Source: Pseudomonadota bacterium (GTDB lineage: Bacteria; Bdellovibrionota_B; Oligoflexia; Oligoflexales; CAIMVM01). From it: DNA of 19,723 bases. Of this stretch, positions 7,565 through 16,564 are shown in pieces. Where the stretch lies: positions 1-19,723 of the forward strand of contig JBAXBA010000069.1 in assembly GCA_037142195.1 (NCBI GenBank), in the 5' to 3' direction. How positions within the stretch are numbered: position 1 is the stretch's first letter; every line of letters starts with the position of its first letter. The notes beneath the pieces are model-generated. The model searched no databases, had not been told where the DNA came from, and saw nothing but the letters and a program-made list of their open reading frames with translations. Position numbers and translations under genes: made by a program.

Positions 7565-8797
7565 ATGAAAATCCATAATGGATTGCTAGGAATCGCTTTT
7601 AGTATCTTGATGGGCCTGGGCTACTATCACATGGCAGTAGCGGACCTTTTACGGCTATTTCCCCTGAAGCTTTTTTTTATATTGTTAGGTGTCACTAGTT
7701 TCTTTTCAGCGCTGGAACGAAACGGCACTATTTTCCGGTGGGTTGAGCTACTTCGACGTTTAAGTTCAGAGAAGTTTGTTCCCCTCTTGATGAGCTTGTT
7801 TGTGTGCGCGGTTACTTTTGCGGGACTTGGCAATATTTCTTCCATAGGGCTCGTCGCGCCGATGGCTCTTCCGATGGCAAAAGCTCTAGGACTTAGTCCT
7901 TTAGTCATGACTATTTCCGTTGTTTCCGCAGCAAATGCAGCAAGTATGTCGCCACTCTCCCTAGGCGGCATTGTGACCAAGACGTTGCTAGAAGGAAGTT
8001 CTTTTAATGACGCGGACAGTTGGAGGATTTCCTTTATCGTTTTAGGAATTCAAATAGCGATAGCTATTAGCGGTTGGTTTCTATTGGGCGGCGCACAGTG
8101 GTTTCAGCAGTTAAAGTCGAAATTGGAAACTTCCTCTGAAGTCACTCCTTGGGGCAGGCAGCACTATATTTCGAGTCTCTTTTTTTTAGCATTTGCAGCG
8201 ATTTTGGGGCTAGGCGGCATCGCTCCTCAGCTCTTCCAATCCCACTTTCTTCTTAGAAATTTGAGCCAGGAAGCAGGACTTTTAGGATTTGTAGCCCTAG
8301 CAGGACTTATGCTGACTAAGTCCTTTCAAGACCCCGAGCAAGTTATTGCTCGAGTTTCCTGGAGTACAATTGTATTGGTTTGTGGCATGACCTTTGCTTT
8401 GCAGCTACTTGAGTCAAAGGGGGCTTTTTTGGGTATTGTTGTTTGGCTAGGAGAGTTCCATTCTCCCCTCTTACTTATTTTCACTCTGGGGTTTTCTGCA
8501 GGACTTTTATCGACCTTTTCAAGCTCGGTAGGCGTCGTGTTGCCACTCTTTCTTCCTGTTGTCGTGGGCGTTGCTTCCTCGACCCCTGAAATTCCACTTT
8601 GGTATTACGTAGCCACAGTAGGATCTTGTGCCCACGTGGTAGATGCAAGTCCCTTTTCAACCCTGGGTGCCTTGTGTATTGCGCAAATTGAGTCTGAGGA
8701 TGTGAGAAGTAAAACAAGCAAAGGTCTATTGATTTGGGGTTTATGTCTTGCTCCCATAAGTGCCTTAATATTCGCATTAGGGAGTCTTTTATTTTAG
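7565..8797 (+). CDS. Ion-transporter superfamily permease (MatC/SLC13 dicarboxylate carrier-like)
   Basis: About 11-12 hydrophobic segments; motifs ANAASMSPLSLGG, VSWSTIVLVCG, FSSSVGVVLP, VDASPFSTLGALCIA. Confidence 0.75.
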   Translation: MKIHNGLLGIAFSILMGLGYYHMAVADLLRLFPLKLFFILLGVTSFFSALERNGTIFRWVELLRRLSSEKFVPLLMSLFVCAVTFAGLGNISSIGLVAPMALPMAKALGLSPLVMTISVVSAANAASMSPLSLGGIVTKTLLEGSSFNDADSWRISFIVLGIQIAIAISGWFLLGGAQWFQQLKSKLETSSEVTPWGRQHYISSLFFLAFAAILGLGGIAPQLFQSHFLLRNLSQEAGLLGFVALAGLMLTKSFQDPEQVIARVSWSTIVLVCGMTFALQLLESKGAFLGIVVWLGEFHSPLLLIFTLGFSAGLLSTFSSSVGVVLPLFLPVVVGVASSTPEIPLWYYVATVGSCAHVVDASPFSTLGALCIAQIESEDVRSKTSKGLLIWGLCLAPISALIFALGSLLF

Positions 8798-8846
8798 AAT
8801 GTCACCGTCATGATGACAAAGGGAATGTGATTTTTTACGACCAACC

Positions 8847-8881
8847 TTCTTCTTTCTTTCTTTCTTTCTTTCTTTCTTCTT
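8847..8881. repeat. Polypyrimidine (CTTT)6 simple sequence repeat forming a perfect 35-nt mirror repeat
   Basis: T-runs of 2,2,3,3,3,3,3,3,2,2 separated by single C; lies between convergent genes. Confidence 0.9.
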
Positions 8882-8951
8882 GGCTAAAAAAGTGTGTTAG
8901 GACTTCCCAAAGAGAGCCGTAAAGAATTTATCATAAGAGCTGATTAGATTT

Positions 8952-9608
8952 TTAGAGCCGCTTTACTTGAGCGCCATTTTGACTAGAAATCGTGCCTTCA
9001 GCCTGTGCCATTTTTATAGCCCGCGAAACCACCGCATCGAAGAGATCTGGAACAGATTTCTCAGTTAAAAGACTTTCCAGCCATCCTGGAACAAAGAATC
9101 CTGAATCGACATAAGAAATATAGGTAGCTTTGACATAGGTATTTTCTGATTCTAGCTTCCAAGAGCCTTTTATATCCACCATATCTCCTGAGACTCTAAC
9201 CCAGCTAGACTCAGCGACATTTGCTAGGAGCTTGTGATCCATTTTCAGTTGGTAGTTGACCTCTGTAAATCCAAGTTTTAGAAGCAAGTCTACCCAAACC
9301 GTTGAGCCCTCACTTTTTAGAATTTTGCTTTTTTTCGTTAGGGGCATAAATTCCGAGTACTGACCGTAATCCATTAAGGCGGCCCATATTTCTCCAAGCG
9401 TTGCCTTATCCGTAATGAAAGTCCCTTTGACGCCCTTTAGATGCCCTATATTAGGAAGGACTTCTATCTTCACTTTATCGACCAGAAGGACTTTCGCTCG
9501 AGGGGAATCTTGCGATTTACTGGGTTCGCTAGGCGTCCCCATGCACAAAGATCCTACCGAAAGGCCTAATATCAAAGTCGCGATACGAAAAAGTAAAAAT
9601 GAGTTCAT
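8952..9608 (-). CDS. SRPBCC/START (polyketide cyclase-like) domain protein with N-terminal signal/anchor
   Basis: IWAALMDYGQYSEFMP, GDMVDIKGSWKL, VDSGFFVPGWL motifs; hydrophobic leader; ATGA overlap with the flbD stop. Confidence 0.85.
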   Translation of the reverse strand: MNSFLLFRIATLILGLSVGSLCMGTPSEPSKSQDSPRAKVLLVDKVKIEVLPNIGHLKGVKGTFITDKATLGEIWAALMDYGQYSEFMPLTKKSKILKSEGSTVWVDLLLKLGFTEVNYQLKMDHKLLANVAESSWVRVSGDMVDIKGSWKLESENTYVKATYISYVDSGFFVPGWLESLLTEKSVPDLFDAVVSRAIKMAQAEGTISSQNGAQVKRL

Positions 9609-9802
9609 TGTGCCTCAACTGTTCTCAGCAATTTGGCTTTGAAGCGAATCAATTGCTCGGAGATTTCTAAAGGGGATTCTTTCACCAAAAGGGTGTCTCC
9701 ATTAATCAAGTGAATGACAGTGTGGGGAGCTTGTTCCATATATTTCACCGCTTCGATGTTCAAAAAAATAATGCGCCCATCAAGCTTGGTTAGCTCTACC
9801 AT
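9605..9802 (-). CDS. flbD: FlbD-family flagellar protein
   Basis: 65 aa MVELTKLDG..FLN..VKYMEQAPHTVIHLINGDTLLVKES is the characteristic FlbD pattern; GGGGTG RBS. Confidence 0.88.
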   Translation of the reverse strand: MVELTKLDGRIIFLNIEAVKYMEQAPHTVIHLINGDTLLVKESPLEISEQLIRFKAKLLRTVEAQ

Positions 9803-10068
9803 AATTCACCCCCAAATGAGGTGTATTATCTCAAAAACCATAGAATATTCAATAGTTATTCCGGCAGAAGGCGTTTCTTTGGAGGTGTTTTACCTCAAAC
9901 TCAGTGGCCCTTTTTATCATGTTTTCTTTCATTTTTTTTCAAGGCTGGGCTAAACTAATATAAGCGTAATTCCATGAAAGTCGAGAAGCGGAACCTCATC
10001 GGAAACCTTTAAACCAAATGGGTTTCTTAGAGTGAACTTTATGGATTTGGGTCGCGAGGTTTATCTTT

Positions 10069-11940
10069 TTAAAGGTTGGTCTCTGATTTCGTTCGAGTTG
10101 GGCTTTCTGTTTCTGGAGTTTGGGGTGCTTCTCCAGGAGGCATTGCTGTATCAAATGGCGAGGGGGCGGGGTTAGCAGGAACCGGAAGCAAACCTCTTTT
10201 TTCTAGTTCTTTCTGGTTTTTGAAATTGACAAAAGGCTTGGAATACTTGTCTCCAACGGTTTCCATTTGCACAAAACCTATGGTCATTGCAGCCCAAATA
10301 AAGATGCCTACTCCGATGAGAAGTAAAATAGCTTGAATCCATTTAGGGACGACAAAAGGCTTTGAGACAGCCGAAGACGGGATATAATTTCCCAACTTTT
10401 CTTCTATAATATCAATATCTGAAGGATCTGTAGGTCCTAGATTTGGCAGGGAATCTGACGGGTATCCCTGGTTCCCATCTGAGCGCATAGTTTCAGGTAT
10501 GCGTCCAAAGCGAGACAGTTCTGTAGAAAATTCTCGGGACATGTAAAAGTTTAACAGAGAGCGTTCGCTGGTAGTCAGGTCAGCAAAGTAGAACATATAC
10601 TTGCAAGGCAAAGGGTTCGCTTTGCCTTCGTCTTTAACTGCGAGGATCTGACTTTGGCTTACAGCCGTAATTTTTATGATGGGCGCTCGTCCCATTGCCT
10701 TGGTAATTTCAGGTGTATGAAGCCTTGCCAGGGAGAAGTTTGAAATCAAGAGATTCGATCGAAATTCCCCAACTTGGGTATGAAGCCTAGACAGTACGAT
10801 AGGCGCTAAAATGGTGAGTGGCACCAAGGGGTGTGTGGTGGGTAAGTCGACACGCCCTAAGGGATGAGGGTCGGGGGACAGCTCGCGGGGAAGTGACATG
10901 AAGTCATTAAGATTTTTGGAAACAAATTTAAACTTGTTTGTGTTAAATTTGGCGACGATGCTAAGATGATCTTTTTCGTCTCCAATTATGGCTACTAGAA
11001 CCTCAGGGCTTATATTTTCTATAAGTTTTTCGAAAAGATCTTGGTTTTCATCTCTACAAAATCGGCTTTCTATAACCACAAGTTCGGGAGAAAAGAATTT
11101 CGGGTATTCATATACGCTACTTCGATTTATAGCGCAGCGTACTATGTGACCTTCTTTTTGAAAGTGTTCTAAAACCTGAAAACGTGTATCCGAATGGGAG
11201 ACAACTACGAAAATTCGCTTGGGATGGAAGGTTATTTGCTTTTGCATCCTGGTGACGATGTCAGAGAGTTCTTTACGGGTGAGATGATCTAGATCCAGCT
11301 CCACATCAAGAGAGTGGCTGAGTTTATGTAGGAGTTTTTTCGTATCTGTACTGAGAACGGTTCCACGAAGAACCTCTTTACCAAGAAGCAACGGAAGTTC
11401 ACCTCTAAGGCTGATCTCTGAACCAGGTTCCGCTTGAAGCCGAGATTCTAATCTAAGGGTCGCCTCCGAAATAGAAACGAGGCATGCCGGAATTTCCAAA
11501 GAGCCGCGCTGATTCATGGCCAACTGGCAGTGTGGAGGGTTTAGGCGAAAGGGGCTTACAGCAGCGGAAAACATAAATCGAGCAAGCCATTCTTGGGCGT
11601 CAAGGGTCGCTGGCAGAATATCCCTAAATCCATTGGCTAAGGCTAGGGCGGCCGTTTCAGCATGTGCGCATGTCTGATCTAAAATGAGCCTGGCACCTGC
11701 CGTATCAGGTAATGCGGTTAAGGGCTTGAAATAGGTCTCGAGAAAGGCGTCTTCGCAATCATCTGAAACTATAATGACAGAAACTCGTTTCGTTCTTAAA
11801 AAAGCCTTGAGTTCTCCGATAGTTTGCATGAACTCAACCTGGACGCCCCGGATAAATAGAGCCTCTGCCCTGACCTTTTGGTAGGCATGGGTCATCGTAC
11901 TAAGCCAAATGGCGCTACTGTGCTGGCGAGTTGGGGGCAA
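10069..11940 (-). CDS. Membrane-anchored protein with degenerate receiver-like and PilZ-like domains
   Basis: TTG start with GAGGA RBS. REC-like segments VSVIIVSDD..GFRDILP and RIFVVV..PELVVIE; PilZ-like LVSISEATLRL; one C-terminal TM (WIQAILLLIGVGIFIWAAMTIGFV) and a Pro-rich tail. The CDS is secure; the domain calls are tentative. Confidence 0.6.
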   Translation of the reverse strand: MPPTRQHSSAIWLSTMTHAYQKVRAEALFIRGVQVEFMQTIGELKAFLRTKRVSVIIVSDDCEDAFLETYFKPLTALPDTAGARLILDQTCAHAETAALALANGFRDILPATLDAQEWLARFMFSAAVSPFRLNPPHCQLAMNQRGSLEIPACLVSISEATLRLESRLQAEPGSEISLRGELPLLLGKEVLRGTVLSTDTKKLLHKLSHSLDVELDLDHLTRKELSDIVTRMQKQITFHPKRIFVVVSHSDTRFQVLEHFQKEGHIVRCAINRSSVYEYPKFFSPELVVIESRFCRDENQDLFEKLIENISPEVLVAIIGDEKDHLSIVAKFNTNKFKFVSKNLNDFMSLPRELSPDPHPLGRVDLPTTHPLVPLTILAPIVLSRLHTQVGEFRSNLLISNFSLARLHTPEITKAMGRAPIIKITAVSQSQILAVKDEGKANPLPCKYMFYFADLTTSERSLLNFYMSREFSTELSRFGRIPETMRSDGNQGYPSDSLPNLGPTDPSDIDIIEEKLGNYIPSSAVSKPFVVPKWIQAILLLIGVGIFIWAAMTIGFVQMETVGDKYSKPFVNFKNQKELEKRGLLPVPANPAPSPFDTAMPPGEAPQTPETESPTRTKSETNL

Positions 11941-11964
11941 ATGAAATTCCTCTATGTGTGTAAA

Positions 11965-11991
11965 ATATCGTCAATTCCGCAGTTTTCCTTA
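11965..11991 (-). promoter_or_regulatory. Putative sigma28 (FliA) promoter
   Basis: Minus strand TAAG-N15-GACGATAT vs consensus TAAA-N15-GCCGATAA; 24 nt upstream of the TTG start at 11940. Confidence 0.5.
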
Positions 11992-12083
11992 GAAAACTCC
12001 TTTTGGTGGTTCCACGAAATGATTGGAAAATCTTGAGTGATTGGGGTAGGTTGAAAGCTCTTGCTACTATGCTTGGGGACTTT

Positions 12084-14279
12084 ATGGCTAAGGTTTTTTT
12101 TATTTTGGAACTCATACTGTTTTCAACCTTCGCGGTCGGATCCTCATCCACAGTTCCCGAATGGAGCAAGGGAATCGTTTGGTACCAAATCTTTCCCGAG
12201 CGGTTTCGAAACGGCGACTCTAGAAATGACCAAGGCGGTGAAATCTCCAGCTGGGTAGCTAAGGTTCTGCCAGAACTAAGAGGAAGCGTCATGCCAATCT
12301 CAGATTGGCGTTCTGATTGGTTTGGTTATAGCCCAGAAGAGGATCGCTTAAGAACTCTATTTAGACAGAATTTGCCTGAGCTTAATCAAGCCTTTAATGA
12401 ATCCTTTGGGGCAAAAGCTTACCTTTTTCCCAGAGATCTAGATTTAGAAATCTATTTAGGTCGAAGATATGGCGGAGATCTTGAGGGAATCAGAAAAGAG
12501 ATTCCTTACTTGAAAAAACTGGGCATTGAAGGGGTTTACTTAAATCCAGTTTTTGTTTCACCGTCTTTACATAAATATGATACTGCAGACTATCGGCATA
12601 TTGATCCTTATTTTGGTCCTACCTCGAATCAGAGTGGACCGCCTACCCTTTATGGGGAGGATGTGGAGATTCTTTCTAGGCGTGATCTTGGAGACGACAG
12701 CTCTTGGGGGTTTACGAATGCAGACATCGACTTTATGAGCCTTGTAAACGAGTTTCATAAAGCGGGCATGCGCGTCGTTATCGATGGCGTTTTTAATCAT
12801 TCGGCAGCATCTGGAATTATGATGGAAGACATCGCGATGCGCGGCCCTCAGTCTCCCTACAAAGATTGGATTGAGTCCGTTATTAATACGAGTGGGAATT
12901 TTTCACCAAGTGAGCGTCAATATTATCCTTGCCTCTTATCAGATGCCTTTCCGAATCAAGAAAAGTTTCCCTTTGCCACAAAGGTTCGCTTTCGAGGGTG
13001 GACAGGGAACGTGTGTACGATGCCCCAAGTAAGAAAGAGTAACGAATGGGACGGAGCCCTTCATCCAGACTACCAAGAGTTTGTATTTAAAATTGCCCAG
13101 AGATGGCTTGCCCCTAAAAAGGTGTCTGGGATGTTAAAAGGAAGACAAAAATCTTTCAATTTTGAAGGAGCCGATGGCATCCGCCTAGATGTCTATCGAG
13201 ATATTCCCGAAACGTTTTGGCGAAAGTTTAGAAGTCGAGTGAAAGACATTCGTCCGGATGCCTTAATCCTGGCTGAAGACTGGGGTGATGGTTTTGATAT
13301 ATTGAAAGGCGATAGTGCCGACAGCTTGATGAATTATACTGTGAGGACAATTTCGGAATCATGGATGATCGACAATACAGGTCCAGGGGATGAACGAAAG
13401 TACTTCCCTTCATGGATTAAGGGTTTTGTAGATTACAGACAAAAAAATCAAAGATCTGAAGTCATTCCTAGTCTTTGGTCCATGCTTGAAAGTCACGATA
13501 CCGACCGAATCTATTCTAAAACGAAGATGGCCAATCGCGTTTTGCTCCCGCCACCGCGAGTTCTAGGACAGCATACTCTTTGGGATGAGGCTGATATCAA
13601 CCGGCCTCATCAGACCAATTCTCCCTATGATAATGGGAAACCTAGCAGTGAAGACTCAGAATTTTACAAAGCTCTCATTACCTTTCAAATGGCCTATACG
13701 GGCGCTCCTATGATTTACTACGGGGCAGAGGTTGGCATGTGGGGCGCTGATGATCCCACCAACCGTAAGCCGATGCTTTGGGATGACCTTAAGTACGAGG
13801 ATGAAACCCAGTGCACAACGGCATTTGAAGATGCAGGAGCCCGGACGGGTGGATCGGAGTTTTGTCAGAGACATTTTTCTACAAAATATTCTGTGGCTCC
13901 CGATAAGGCCCTATTTGAATTCTACCAGCGTTTGATTGCCGTGAGAAAGTCTCACCAGGCCTTGACCCGCGGGGATCTGACCATGGACTTTTTCCTTGAA
14001 GCCGATGGTCAAAAATTCCAAGTGGGCAATCCAGCCTTTGATCGAAAATTTCTATGGGGATTTGAACGTAAATTTGGCGACGACTATGCCTATTTTATTT
14101 CTAATGAAAATTTGAGTATAGAAAGCCAAAATGTGACTCTTTATACTCGCTTTGCTCCGGGCTCCGTCATTAAAGAAGTGGTAACTAACTCAGAGCTTAG
14201 GGTTGGAACCCAAGGTGAGGTTCAAGTTCATCTTCCCAGAGATCGTGCTTTCTTGCTGGTGAGCTCACAATCCCATTAG
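12084..14279 (+). CDS. Exported GH13 alpha-amylase family enzyme (neopullulanase/cyclomaltodextrinase/amylopullulanase-like)
   Basis: WYQIFPERFRNGD, YGGDLEGI, and conserved regions DGVFNH, GIRLDV, AEDW, LESHD, GADDP. Start reassigned to ATG at 12084 (GGGGA RBS), giving a signal peptide MAKVFFILELILFSTFAVG. Confidence 0.92.
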   Translation: MAKVFFILELILFSTFAVGSSSTVPEWSKGIVWYQIFPERFRNGDSRNDQGGEISSWVAKVLPELRGSVMPISDWRSDWFGYSPEEDRLRTLFRQNLPELNQAFNESFGAKAYLFPRDLDLEIYLGRRYGGDLEGIRKEIPYLKKLGIEGVYLNPVFVSPSLHKYDTADYRHIDPYFGPTSNQSGPPTLYGEDVEILSRRDLGDDSSWGFTNADIDFMSLVNEFHKAGMRVVIDGVFNHSAASGIMMEDIAMRGPQSPYKDWIESVINTSGNFSPSERQYYPCLLSDAFPNQEKFPFATKVRFRGWTGNVCTMPQVRKSNEWDGALHPDYQEFVFKIAQRWLAPKKVSGMLKGRQKSFNFEGADGIRLDVYRDIPETFWRKFRSRVKDIRPDALILAEDWGDGFDILKGDSADSLMNYTVRTISESWMIDNTGPGDERKYFPSWIKGFVDYRQKNQRSEVIPSLWSMLESHDTDRIYSKTKMANRVLLPPPRVLGQHTLWDEADINRPHQTNSPYDNGKPSSEDSEFYKALITFQMAYTGAPMIYYGAEVGMWGADDPTNRKPMLWDDLKYEDETQCTTAFEDAGARTGGSEFCQRHFSTKYSVAPDKALFEFYQRLIAVRKSHQALTRGDLTMDFFLEADGQKFQVGNPAFDRKFLWGFERKFGDDYAYFISNENLSIESQNVTLYTRFAPGSVIKEVVTNSELRVGTQGEVQVHLPRDRAFLLVSSQSH

Positions 14280-14371
14280 GGGTTCTTCCAGGACTGTGTC
14301 CCACAAATATGCGAAACACGCTATTTTGACTGGGTTTGGTATGTTTATTTTAAATTAAAAAGGTAGGATTG

Positions 14372-16564
14372 ATGTTACAGCAAAAACAAGAAACGAAAAC
14401 TCCGGTGACCAGGTATCGACTTGGCAATCCCTTTGTAACAGGAGCCGTAACTCTAGGCGAATCTAATTTCCCCTGTGAGACATTAAATCACCTTCAAGCC
14501 CTTGAATCTGAAAAGAAGCCTGATGGCACAGTAGTTCTGTCTCGAGCCATGACCCGTGACACGGAGATCTTCGGTCTCGGGCAAACTATGGGAAATGTTA
14601 ATAAACGTGGCGCCCGTTGCCGGATGTACGCGATTGACGATTTTCAGCATACCCCTGAGAAAGAATCCCTATACGGGAGCCACCCCTTCTTTATTTGGAA
14701 GTCAAAAACGGAAGTGTTTGGGGTTTTCGTGGATTACCCAGGGGAAGTGATTTTTGATGTCGGATTTTCAGACAGCAACAAACTCACCATAACCACAGCG
14801 ACTGCAGATCTTGATGTTTATTTTATTCAAGGGTCCTCACTTAAAGACATTACAAAGACCTTTCTCCATTTAGTGGGAAAGCCTTTTCTTCCTCCTAGAT
14901 GGTCCTTCGGGTATCACCAATCCCGTTGGGGGTATGTGACGCAGCAAGATGTAGAATCGATCGTGGCAAAATTTGAGACCCATCAAATACCTTTAGATGC
15001 TGTCTATCTAGATTTAGACTACATGGATGACTTTAAAGTGTTCACCATTAGTGAAGAACGATTCCCTAAATTTAAAAATATGATTTCCTCCTTTAAAACC
15101 AAAGGCATCCGAGTGGCGCCCATCATTGATCCTGGCGTGAAGATTGAAAAGGGCTATGAAGTCTATGAACAGGGAATGGAACAAGGTTTATTTATCACCG
15201 ATAAAGACGGAAAGCCCTTTCAAGCCTCCGTTTGGCCTGGCTTGACACATTTCCCAGATTTTTTAAATCCCAAAGCGCGGGCTTGGTGGGGAGCTAAGTA
15301 TAAAATGCTTCACGATATGGGGATTGATGGCTTTTGGAACGATATGAATGAGCCGGCCATTTTCTATAGTCCTGAAGGTTTAGAAAAAAGTGTAAAGACT
15401 TTAGTAGACACCACCACCAAGGATAAAAATCTCGGGATTAAGTTTCTTTTCCTTGTTGATGAAATCAAGAAAAGTCAGAACAGCCGCGAAGATATGAAAG
15501 CCATGTATCATCAAACAGAATCCCAGGGACGTGTGTCTCAGGACCTTGTGCACAACCTTTTTGGGATGAAAATGGCAGAATCCGTAAAGGAGGGTTATGA
15601 CTCTTTTGCACCCGATGTGCGCTATCACCTTCTGTCGCGCTCGACCTATATAGGCCAACACCGTTTTAGTGGCATGTGGACTGGGGACAACGCAAGCTGG
15701 TGGGAACATCTAAAACTTAATATTCAACACATGTGCTCTCTCGGGCTTTGCGGCTTCTATTATGCCGGCGCTGATATTGGAGGGTTTAGTTATGATTCCA
15801 GTGGGGAGCTTTTGACAAGATGGAATCAACTTGCCGTCTACATGCCCCTATTTAGAAATCACTCTAATCTGTTTTGTAAGCACCAAGAACCTTGGGCCTT
15901 TGATTCTGATACTTTAAACCATAGCCGCAACTCGATTCGCTTTCGCTATGCGTTATTGCCCTACCTTTATTCGTCCTATGTCGAAGCTTTAGAGTCTTCG
16001 GAACCACCCATCCGTATGCTCGGTTTTGACTTTGAGGCGGACGCGAGGGCTCGCTCTACCGAGGATCAGTTTCTTTGCGGTTCCTCACTTTTAGCCGCTC
16101 CTATTTTAGCAAATCAAGCACGGGGTAGGGTGGTGTACCTTCCGGAAACTCATCTTCATTGGAATGTGGAGAGTCTGGAAGAGCGTAGCCATTTAAAGAT
16201 CCTCCCTAAAGGTGACCACTACGTGGAAGCGCCACTGGGAGCTTCTCCCCTGTTTCTAAGGGAAAATACGCTTCTCCCCTTGGCGGAGCCCGGAAGAAAC
16301 TCCGATTCCTTTGGTTCTGTGATGACGGTTTTAGGATTGGTTACCGATGCGGCGACATTTACCCTTCACTGGGATGATGGCCAAAGCAAGAGTCTCAAAG
16401 AAAAGTGCCAACTCAAAATCTCTGTTAAAAGAGCCAAAGATGCCCTAACAGGGCATATGGAAACCCTTGTAGGTCAGGTGAAAACCCTTCCTTGGCGCAG
16501 CATTAACTTTGAAATCTATGGCCTCGATGGCAAGGTTCAGCGCTTTACAAAGGAACTCGTATGA
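14372..16564 (+). CDS. GH31 alpha-glucosidase
   Basis: GYHQSRWGY, LDLDYMD, WNDMNEP (nucleophile), WTGDN (acid/base), GADIGGF, FRNHS; no signal peptide. Start is ATG 14372 or TTG 14369. Confidence 0.95.
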   Translation: MLQQKQETKTPVTRYRLGNPFVTGAVTLGESNFPCETLNHLQALESEKKPDGTVVLSRAMTRDTEIFGLGQTMGNVNKRGARCRMYAIDDFQHTPEKESLYGSHPFFIWKSKTEVFGVFVDYPGEVIFDVGFSDSNKLTITTATADLDVYFIQGSSLKDITKTFLHLVGKPFLPPRWSFGYHQSRWGYVTQQDVESIVAKFETHQIPLDAVYLDLDYMDDFKVFTISEERFPKFKNMISSFKTKGIRVAPIIDPGVKIEKGYEVYEQGMEQGLFITDKDGKPFQASVWPGLTHFPDFLNPKARAWWGAKYKMLHDMGIDGFWNDMNEPAIFYSPEGLEKSVKTLVDTTTKDKNLGIKFLFLVDEIKKSQNSREDMKAMYHQTESQGRVSQDLVHNLFGMKMAESVKEGYDSFAPDVRYHLLSRSTYIGQHRFSGMWTGDNASWWEHLKLNIQHMCSLGLCGFYYAGADIGGFSYDSSGELLTRWNQLAVYMPLFRNHSNLFCKHQEPWAFDSDTLNHSRNSIRFRYALLPYLYSSYVEALESSEPPIRMLGFDFEADARARSTEDQFLCGSSLLAAPILANQARGRVVYLPETHLHWNVESLEERSHLKILPKGDHYVEAPLGASPLFLRENTLLPLAEPGRNSDSFGSVMTVLGLVTDAATFTLHWDDGQSKSLKEKCQLKISVKRAKDALTGHMETLVGQVKTLPWRSINFEIYGLDGKVQRFTKELV

